From positions 2,542,001 through 2,606,000 of the forward strand of contig OZ361258.1 in the NCBI GenBank assembly GCA_977018835.1: 64,000 bases of DNA, given 5' to 3'. Source of the stretch: Minutocellus sp. GHC0000111. Its lineage: Eukaryota. Under the pieces are notes generated by a model. The model was given only the letters and a program-made list of their open reading frames with translations. It had not been told where the DNA came from and made no database searches. This document shows positions 55,812 through 64,000 of this stretch, piece after piece (the first letter of the stretch is position 1; every line of letters starts with the position of its first letter). Position numbers and translations under genes: made by a program.

Positions 55812-58757
55812 ATGAGCACGAGCGATGCACTCGGCGGCAGCAGCGCCGGTAGGCCGCCGCGGTCCGACAGCGTCGGCAACGAAGGCGAGACCCAATCATC
55901 ATCATCGTCTCGGCAAGAACGAAGCGGGAGCATGTCGCACGCTTCGGTGTTCGACCGTCCGCCGCCGTCGTCGGTGTCCGCGGTCGATCGGGGACTGTCG
56001 AACGCCACCACCTCCAGCGTCAACATGGCCCCAGCCAGCGACCTGTATTCGTCGTGGCTGGGCGAATCGGCCTCCACCGGCGTCGGAGTCGGCGTCGGCA
56101 TAGGAATGGGAGGGCACATGTCCCTCTCTGGTCTGGACCTCGGTCCTCCGTCGGCCAGCAGCGGTGCGCCGCCGACCCATCGGAGGTCGGGCAGCAACGC
56201 CAGCAGTACCAGCGGGAGAGGCTCGGGCGGAATTGGCACCGGTGCCGCATGGGCATCCGTCGGCGTGGGTATGCCCCCGCCGACCGGCGCTACTGCTTCG
56301 GCCTCGGGAATTTCGGCGGCGCCCGCCTTGTCTGGCACTGGCGGTCATCGTCGGTCCAGCTCCGATACGGACGGCACCAGCTTCGCCAAGCCGGGAAGTC
56401 TCCTCGGCAGCAACCGCTCGACCAGCGTCCCGTCCACGGGGGCCGAACTGATGAACGATCCCAAGGCCGTCACGTCCATCATCCACGACGCCGCCCGCAT
56501 TACCAACTGGACCCGCGTCCATTCGCTGTCGCTGTCCCACCCGGCCTCGGCGCGGTACAGCGGTCCCGACCGGTGGACGGCGCTGCATCACTGCTGCTCC
56601 CGCCGGTGTCCGCATGCGTACGTCGTCGAGGCGCTGTTTCGGGTCTACCCCGACGCCCTTCTGTGTTTGGATGAGAAACAGTGGACGCCGTTGCATCACG
56701 CGGCCCGGTTCAAGGCACCGCGCGACGTTGTCCAGCTTTTGCTGAAGGACCATCCCGACATGGGCCGGACGGCGGCGTCCAAACGGTGTTCCAAGGGCCG
56801 GTCGCCGCTGTTTTATGCCATCCGATACGATGCACCCGACGGGGTGGTGGAATTGCTCCTGGAGGCCAACCCCGAGGCCGTCCTGGAACCGGATAGGGAT
56901 GGGGTGACGCCGTTGGCCTTGGTGTGGGATCGGTACGTCACGAGCTTCGAGGGACGGAGGGCCATCCAGCCGTACGTGGCCAAGCTGCATGCGTTCTTGG
57001 AAAATCATGACCAACAACAGTTGGATGGCAATGTAACGATTGGAAATAGCAAGCTTCGGGGCAAGTGGGAAAAGGCCAACATGCTGCTAAGGGCAGCGTT
57101 TGGTTTCCCGGTAATGGAAGAAAGGGAAGAATCAGCTGTGAATCGACAAGAGGATGAAGGTGAGGATGAAGATGAGATTGATGAATGGGAGCAGGTTTCC
57201 GTTCCTAAGGATGCGCCTGCCGATACAGCCGCGGCCGATTCGAAGAGAAGGAAACGAAAGTGGCGTATATTGCACGCTGCCTCGGCGGTCCGATGTCATG
57301 CAACGCTGTTTCAGCTGGCTTGTGTCGTGCATCCCGAGCAGGCTGTGGAATTGGATGAGAATGGTTTGTACTACGCAACAAATGGCGAAGATTCTGAGCA
57401 ACTTAGGGAGAGAATCACAACAGCCTTGCATTTCGCTGCAGCTTCTCCAGCACACGGAAAGGATGGCAAGACCATCTTGACTACTCTCCTTGCTATGAAT
57501 CCATCGGCGGCAAGTATTGTGGACGGCATCACGGGATCCCTACCACTTCACATTGCCGTGGAGAATGAACGCAAGATTCACTGGATTTACGATGGCATTG
57601 TGGCACTATTTGACGCAAATCCAGCCGCCATCGAGGCAAAAGACTGGAGGGACAGAACCCCACTTCATCGGGCGTGCAGCGCCATCGGGCATCGGCCGGC
57701 TACTGGCATCATGGTGGCGGTAGTTCCAGGTACAACTGTACCTCCAAACGATGCTGCTGCAGCGGATAATGGCGGTGATGGATCGACTACGGCTGCAACA
57801 GCGGAGCCAACTGCAACAGCCGTTACTGCAACAACTGCTCCACAAGGAGTGACTGCTGCTGGGCTTGGATCCATCATCCAGAACCTTGTGACGATATACA
57901 TTGAAGCGGCTTCGATAGCAGATGATAGTGGCCGCCTCCCTCTTCATGTGATTGCGAAATACGGCGAGGGTTGGACAGACGATGCCGAATCAGTCCTAAA
58001 GGCAAATTCCGGCGCGGCTCAAGTGCGAGCTGGCAGATCGAGACAGGGTGCCGCACATGCACGCCTGCCAATGCACATAGCGGCGGCGGGACCAGACGCC
58101 GGTCCAGATTTGATCTCGAGGCTCGTCGCTGCTCACCCTCGGGGCGTCTCGTTACCCGACGGCTTCGGCAAACTTCCACTGCATTTGGCTTGCGAGTCTG
58201 GTAAGGTATGGGAGGAAGGCGTGCGAGTTCTTTATGAATCGTATACTCGTGCTGTTGAGGAAAAGGAAGACAATGGCAGGGGCTGGACTGCTCTTCATAT
58301 GGCTGCTTCGTGTCCTCACTCTTCACACAGCCTTATCGAAGCTCTTGTCGACATCTACCCTGCTGCTACTTTCGAAGTCGATCGACGAGGTCAATATCCC
58401 CTTCATCTTGCCTGTTCTTCTGGAAAGTCTTGGGAAGATGGCATCAAAGTCATATTTGATGCCAATCCTGAGGCAGCGAGTGCGCCGAATTCAGTGGGCC
58501 TGTTGCCCTTCCATTGTGCTGCGCTTGCTTACTCGGTCTCTTCATCAGGGGGATTGGCATCCAGTAACAAGATAGCCCCATCTCGTAGCCATTCGTCGAC
58601 GTCGTCATCGTCGGATGATTCCATTGTGACGACTCACAACGAAGATGAACCTTCTTCCAACATCGGAGAAGCAATACACGGAAATGATTCCCAAGACTTA
58701 TTGGCAAAGATCAATGTCGTTTACTGTCTTCTGAGAGAGGTCCCGGCAGTTCTTTGA
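55812..58757 (+). CDS. Ankyrin-like repeat protein with S/G-rich N-terminus
   Basis: Repeated WTALH/WTPLH/LPLHxA motifs throughout; likely ATG at 55812 (ACCATG). Confidence 0.85.
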   Translation: MSTSDALGGSSAGRPPRSDSVGNEGETQSSSSSRQERSGSMSHASVFDRPPPSSVSAVDRGLSNATTSSVNMAPASDLYSSWLGESASTGVGVGVGIGMGGHMSLSGLDLGPPSASSGAPPTHRRSGSNASSTSGRGSGGIGTGAAWASVGVGMPPPTGATASASGISAAPALSGTGGHRRSSSDTDGTSFAKPGSLLGSNRSTSVPSTGAELMNDPKAVTSIIHDAARITNWTRVHSLSLSHPASARYSGPDRWTALHHCCSRRCPHAYVVEALFRVYPDALLCLDEKQWTPLHHAARFKAPRDVVQLLLKDHPDMGRTAASKRCSKGRSPLFYAIRYDAPDGVVELLLEANPEAVLEPDRDGVTPLALVWDRYVTSFEGRRAIQPYVAKLHAFLENHDQQQLDGNVTIGNSKLRGKWEKANMLLRAAFGFPVMEEREESAVNRQEDEGEDEDEIDEWEQVSVPKDAPADTAAADSKRRKRKWRILHAASAVRCHATLFQLACVVHPEQAVELDENGLYYATNGEDSEQLRERITTALHFAAASPAHGKDGKTILTTLLAMNPSAASIVDGITGSLPLHIAVENERKIHWIYDGIVALFDANPAAIEAKDWRDRTPLHRACSAIGHRPATGIMVAVVPGTTVPPNDAAAADNGGDGSTTAATAEPTATAVTATTAPQGVTAAGLGSIIQNLVTIYIEAASIADDSGRLPLHVIAKYGEGWTDDAESVLKANSGAAQVRAGRSRQGAAHARLPMHIAAAGPDAGPDLISRLVAAHPRGVSLPDGFGKLPLHLACESGKVWEEGVRVLYESYTRAVEEKEDNGRGWTALHMAASCPHSSHSLIEALVDIYPAATFEVDRRGQYPLHLACSSGKSWEDGIKVIFDANPEAASAPNSVGLLPFHCAALAYSVSSSGGLASSNKIAPSRSHSSTSSSSDDSIVTTHNEDEPSSNIGEAIHGNDSQDLLAKINVVYCLLREVPAVL

Positions 58758-58983
58758 GGTTGTAACTCGTAGTACAACGATAATGTAATGCTTAAAAAGT
58801 CATTGTCCCTATAATTATACAATATACAATAGTATCCATGCCATGTCTTATTTTTCTTTCGTCGCCATTACCCAAAAACATCTCAAAGAGTTCACTGACT
58901 CGACTCTGAGCGATCGTAACAAGGATTTCATTTGCGCTGGCGGTGTTTCACATGGATAGTGGTATGAGCGCGAATAAACTTAG

Positions 58984-60513
58984 TTACCCAAAAGGGCAGC
59001 TTTCGCTGTACACTTTCTTCTGCTCGAAGAGGTACGCATAATCAAAGTCGTCTTTTTCATCACGCTCGCCCATAAAATTCTTTGAGCCGGGCATTTCATA
59101 GGCTAGAAGACTTTCGCCTGCCCTCATGCCGGTGTAAGGCGACCGAGCACCGCGGGTGTCGTGATAGGTAATGGCAGCATCCTCGGGGTACTTCTCGTAG
59201 CACTGATGGAGCATAGCAGGACCAGAAACCATAAGGTCTCTCTCCGGCATGTATCTGGTGCGGACATGCTCAATGACATTCTCTAGGGCACACTTGAAGA
59301 TGGGAGCTCCAGGGGCAGAGGCAGTAATTTTCATTTGCTTGCCTTCAACCATAAAATGTGGGAAGTCGTGGCCAATAGTTGCCGTGGAGCAGTCAGAGTA
59401 CATGTGGTCGATCGGAACGAGAGGCACAATATGATATGAGATGTAGGTTTCGATTGGTTGTGTCTTGTGAGATGATGACTTTGTCGATTGAAAACATCCA
59501 CAATGATTTATCAACAAGCAACAAAAAATCACTTACTGCGTCTAGGTATATGCCGCCGTCGGCGTACATGGCACAGAACCTGAAAAGGTCGGCGCGGTAT
59601 GCCGGAGGAATAAAGCAGGAGTAGGCCGTTGCAGCCTCCTCACCACATCTCGAACGAACATATTCCAATGCAGTGGCATCGCTGTGGTGGTTTCGTTCAA
59701 AGCTGGGGTTGGCCATGGAAGTGGCAGTTTGGTGATACGACTGGTGAGCATCGCGGCTCACCGAATGAAGGATTCGAGGGACGATTTCAGCGCGCTCGCT
59801 GCAATCAGGGACAATGAGAGGTAGAGACTCATACTTTTCACAGAGTTTGATTTCATCAGAAGAGAAGCCTTGCATTCGCGGCGCTAGAACGCGATTACAT
59901 ACGTCATGGTCCAGGTCTTCTTCAAGGTCGCCGCTGGTAGAAATGACTCTTTCGTCGGCGTCTAGACGGCGGCTGTTGTTGGACTTTGGCTTGCACCTGC
60001 CCTTAAGCTTTGGGCCTTTGCCCTTGCGTTTATCATCATTATTATTGGGAAACTCCTTCCATTCACATTCATCAGACTCCTCGCAGTTTCCTTCCTCGTA
60101 GAATCGATTACATAGGATGGTATTGTTAGCATGTACAGGTGGGCCAAACTTAGCAACAGCAAAGGAGATGACCTTTTTTGCTTTCGCGATGACCGGCTCC
60201 TCGGAGACGGGCGGCTCCTCGACGATGGGTGGTTCCGGAGGAGGATTGAATAGCAATAGTTTGTGCTTTCGGTCCCGATTTCTCTGTGAATATATAAAGT
60301 AGATATGAGGAGAGACAATAGAAGCGATGAGCGCAATATTAATTTTTGTTGCATCAGAATTCGACGGACGATGAAGAAAGACACGGGTCATTCTTGTCGA
60401 TCGGCACTTACTCCCTTGAGATGACGAAGAGAGGCGGTGTTGGTGACGACGAGGAGGGAAGCGACAATGGCAGCAATAGCGATGCCGCCGACAACGTTGT
60501 ACTTAGTCAACAT
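58984..60513 (-). CDS. Glycosyltransferase family 32 (OCH1-like, DXD sugar-binding), type II membrane, 3 exons
   Basis: N-terminal TM exon 60513-60412; intron 60284-60411; VPRILH; PPAYRADLFRFCAMYADGGIYLDA; SGPAML. The second intron starts at 59536 with an uncertain acceptor. Confidence 0.8.
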
Positions 60514-61056
60514 AGTGCAGGTTTTTGGCTATATTGTTGGATGTTGCGTTGGATGTTGGAAAAAGTGAGCTCGCCGAGAATGAGGTACGTTGTTGGCCGC
60601 ATGATCCATAAAAGACCACCCTGTCTTTTCTGAGTAGAGCCGATGCCGGGCGGCACTCAAACGGTACTGGTGAGGTGGTGGCGTCAGCTCTGCGATGGAG
60701 GCGTCAGCTATGCTTGCGGGAGCCGCGGAACGTTTTCCACCTTTGAGAAGATGCACATTGATCTTTTTACATGTTTTCTTTACGAAAAAGTTTGACGTGC
60801 CTGCTCTTCACAATTGTTTAACCTTGAACCAAGACAAAAGTCATAAAATGACTTCCGAGTAAATCATGGACGGACCCCAAGAAAGACATGGCTCTTTGGC
60901 CTCAACTTCTAGGGGTCATTTCGGCTGAATAGATACCACTTCGGCTGAATAGCAGACTTTGTGCTTCTTTCTGAAGCTAAGGATTGTACGTTAGTAGGTG
61001 CCACGCCTCTGTAGATATTAGCCAATGTATCTGAGATTCCTAACAGTACCAACACC

Positions 61057-62592
61057 ATGACGCTACATGTTGGACCGAGTGAGTTGATCAAATCCGTCGT
61101 CCTCATATGTCTCACCCTCCTCGGACGTGAATCGATCAGCTGGCAGCAGACTGGCAGTCCACTTGGAACTCGAACACCATCAAAGAACGCGACGACCTAC
61201 AATCATCACGAACCAGTGTGTAGCAGCACCCTCCGTCGCTCGAAACTTCGACCGGGCGAGCAGCTCTACTCGGATGACGGAGGACATTTCATATGTTCAC
61301 CCAATGCCAAAACTTGGTTTGGATATGACATGGAAGGAGATCTTTCTCTTTGGAGAGACCACAGAAAAGTTTGGTCTGCAAAAACTGCAGGGATGGACAC
61401 AATCACAACAATGCAGAATGATGGCAACCTTGTGATCTATCGAGTTGACTACGTCGAAGTCTTCAGTCGAAGCACAAAAGTGGCGCTTTGGTCCTCTAAT
61501 ACTGCGGGAAGATCTGGGTCTTTTCTCAGGATTGAAAATGATGGCAATGCAAGATTATGGTTCGTGGATGGAACCGCGCAGAGCGTGGTGTGGTCGGCTT
61601 GGCAATCGAGCAGTAGGTCTATCAGCACGTCCTCTCAATCCATGAATGTTTCCATCGATGGTTCTAGCTGGGATTTGATGAAACAAAAGCTGTGCCCAAA
61701 TATGAAGCCAAATTTTGATTTGGGAAGATTTCAATTTCTCCAAGCAAAAAGAGAGCTTGGTTTAAATGTATCAGTACATGTACATAATTTGCCGCCACTT
61801 CGGGTTTATAACGCTGGAGGCTGGTCCTACAAGTCTGGCGATGGAAGAGCTACTATTTATCTTCGGATTTTTAAGGCAGCAAACAACCAGATAGACGATT
61901 ATGCCAAAAGTATCTTCCAAGGGGAAAGGGGGGCTCATGCTTTTGAAGATGATTTGCGCGAGCTCATAAGAGGGGGGAACAGGGATGCCTGCATAGTGAC
62001 AGCAATACGAGACCCTGTCGAAAGATTTCTGAGTGGCTACAATGAGATCGAGTACAGGATAGTACATCACCCCGAAAGACTTGATGCAAGCACACCATTT
62101 TCTTTCCCTCAGGAAGAAAGGGGAACGACGGCTCGTTTTCGACGATTCCTTGTTGACTACATTAGCGATGTTGCGTCAGAAAGAGAATTCAATGCCCTAG
62201 AATTTTCACATGTCTGGAGTATGGCGGGAGTCCTGCATCACCTCAATCGCCACGGTTTGATCTTGAAATCTTACCTTCCATCGCTGCACAACTTGACCTA
62301 TCAATGGCCGAAATTTTTGTCGTCAACGTGCAAAGGCCTTCCCGACTCTATTGAAGAGCCAATGCCATTGGCGGGTCAACATGAATCTTCAAGTGATCCG
62401 TATGGATTTTATGGAGATGCGAAACAAGCATGGGCGGACCAGAAGGACATAGCCCGAGCCTTGTGTGCAGTGGATCTAATGGACTACGCTTGCTATGACA
62501 AGCTAGTGGTACCTCCAATTTGCCAGGAAGTATTTTCGGACGAGAGACTCGTCGATGAAATACTGCAAAGTGACGATCTGGTCTTGGTCTAA
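61057..62592 (+). CDS. Bulb-type (GNA) lectin domain fused to a sulfotransferase (Sulfotransfer_2-like) domain
   Basis: MQNDGNLVIY (QxDxNxVxY), VWSAKT / LWSSNT; PAPS-binding-like RIFKAANNQI and IRDPVERFLSGY; N-terminal hydrophobic anchor. Confidence 0.8.
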   Translation: MTLHVGPSELIKSVVLICLTLLGRESISWQQTGSPLGTRTPSKNATTYNHHEPVCSSTLRRSKLRPGEQLYSDDGGHFICSPNAKTWFGYDMEGDLSLWRDHRKVWSAKTAGMDTITTMQNDGNLVIYRVDYVEVFSRSTKVALWSSNTAGRSGSFLRIENDGNARLWFVDGTAQSVVWSAWQSSSRSISTSSQSMNVSIDGSSWDLMKQKLCPNMKPNFDLGRFQFLQAKRELGLNVSVHVHNLPPLRVYNAGGWSYKSGDGRATIYLRIFKAANNQIDDYAKSIFQGERGAHAFEDDLRELIRGGNRDACIVTAIRDPVERFLSGYNEIEYRIVHHPERLDASTPFSFPQEERGTTARFRRFLVDYISDVASEREFNALEFSHVWSMAGVLHHLNRHGLILKSYLPSLHNLTYQWPKFLSSTCKGLPDSIEEPMPLAGQHESSSDPYGFYGDAKQAWADQKDIARALCAVDLMDYACYDKLVVPPICQEVFSDERLVDEILQSDDLVLV

Positions 62593-63130
62593 AAGAGGTA
62601 TCGGTACCACGGTATAATACACATGTATTACAAAACAAACGTCCCTCATGCACACACACATGTTTACCGTAGGAATTCCTTTTTTTTTCAGCGTGATGAT
62701 GTGACTTGCTCGCATAGAAGGCGACGGTGCCGGTATGTACGCGGCATTCCGAGAGGCCTGTGTTATTTGCATGAGGTCGCAAATAGCACCGGTCAAGCTG
62801 CTTCGGCGCATGGGCAGCTCTGATGCAGAGTTTGGCTACATTTATTTATTATTTGGCTCTCTTTGGATACGCAAAATAGACTTACTCTAGCGGGAAACGA
62901 CACCACTCGCCATACCGATACCACCATTGTAAAGGGGGGTCTCCACAAAATCCCCCGTACAGGGGCCCCTGTATTCCTGCACATGATCAAAAGCGAACGG
63001 CTAGGCAGATTGAGATGCTTGCTCTTTCGTTTCGAGGTTCGGCAGAGGCGAGGCGCTGAACTGCCGCCGCTGCTGCTGCCACCAGCCATCCCAAACACCT
63101 GCCTTGTGAAGTTGGGTTCAGTGTAGCAAC

Positions 63131-64000
63131 ATGGCGGGGGAGTTGAATCCCTCCTCGCCGTCGTCGGGGACCAACCGGAAGCGTGCATCTTCCGCTCCCG
63201 ACGTATCCATCGATCAAGCGGCGGTTACTTCCCCCCCTTCTGCGTCGGCCACCACCCCTCCAACACCAACGGTGGTGGTGTGGCCTTCTCCCCGTCGACC
63301 AACCTTCCTCCGGCGGGATCCTCTCCGGCCTCCCGCAGTCCCAGTTCGCCGGCTCGATTCGCCACCGGCGGTGGTACCGGTGGACCCCGAACGCCGGGCC
63401 TCGAATCGCCGACGCATGGCTCGTCGGACGGAGTTTCCAATGCGTTGCCCAGCGTCACACAAAGTCTGCCGCCCAAGCTGGCCCCTGGCGGTATGGGCAA
63501 GAAGTCGACCTCCCAGCGGCAGTTTGATTGTGCACCACCCTCTATAAGCGACGGGGCGGATTCGGGCGCAATGCCGAGAATAATTGGTACGTGTTTGCGT
63601 TGCTTATTCATGCTTATTTGCAATGCATGTTTTGTCATGTTCCTCTCTTACGCCAACATTTATTGTGCTCGTCTCGCTATCAATGGCTCCATGCAGGGTC
63701 AAAAGATGCTTCACCCTTCATGGCCCGATCCTTTGCTACTACGATACGGCCATCCTTTCGGAATCTGATCCCTCCCGACCTCGTGGAAGACTCAATCTGC
63801 AGAAAGAAGAGACTCGGGCGGAGATGTCCACCAAGTATGGCACTCATTCGCCCACGGAATTCTTGGTGACCATCAACCTGTATGTGTTGGGTAGCAAGCG
63901 GAAGTGGGAACTGTGCTGTCTGAATGCTGGTGATCAACGCAAATGGTTCGATGCGCTAAAGGTTTACGATGGTCCTCCCGTCGTGGGTGTGTTTGACGAT
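63131..64000 (+). CDS. PH-domain protein, partial (runs off the window); intron 63587-63696; two frameshifts
   Basis: S/P-rich N-terminus, then LYKRRGGFGRNAENNW/VKRCFTLHGPILCYYD...RGRLNL...WELCC...RKWFDAL. Confidence 0.75.

Noticed and set aside
55902..57017. Long antisense ORFs (also 19856-20725, 33294-34079, 2014-2652, 15456-16313)
   Set aside because: Shadow frames of GC-rich, motif-bearing genes on the opposite strand.
898..63535. Programmed frameshifting in the many split genes
   Set aside because: Shifts near 898, 2641, 10876, 11132, 14658, 34860, 36240, 63275 and 63530 mostly sit in short homopolymer or dinucleotide runs in unrelated genes. Long-read indel error or decay is more parsimonious.
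1..64000. tRNA/rRNA genes, LTRs, telomeric repeats
   Set aside because: None recognised by eye.

Overview
Eukaryotic, gene-dense DNA that is very probably from a diatom: short GT-AG introns, signal peptide plus ASAF-type plastid presequences, RXL motifs and a silicanin-like protein. Host genes encode a silicanin-like membrane protein, a retropepsin-type protease, a 2OG-Fe(II) prolyl-hydroxylase-like enzyme, a TyrP-type permease, a giant FN3/PA14/filamin surface protein, a plastid membrane protein, a fibrillin, an HSF, an IMPase/BPNT-family phosphatase, a DnaJ protein, an ankyrin protein, a GT32, a B-lectin-sulfotransferase and a partial PH protein. Three accessory structures stand out. (1) A 13.3 kb, almost perfect tandem array (period 3397 bp, about 3.9 copies, 18528-31840) of a chimeric unit made of a foreign ORF fragment, a 5'-truncated ABCG transporter and the tail of the neighbouring gene; it truncates the giant surface-protein gene. 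(2) Two plant-mariner-like transposase remnants, one with a striking TpA loss and apparent Tyr->His/Cys changes. (3) A ~14 kb Helitron-like element (~37.9-52 kb). Its spliced Rep-helicase gene starts with tandem ubiquitin-like domains ending in RVRGG, it carries three unknown cargo genes, it is bracketed by a gap-free ~64 bp direct repeat, and its introns and intergenic gaps hold at least 8 copies of a 34-bp palindrome, ATTTA-N4-TGTTGAATATTCAACA-N4-TAAAT. Many single-base frameshifts at homopolymers suggest residual sequencing error, so disruptions need read-level confirmation. All calls are by eye; no searches were run.
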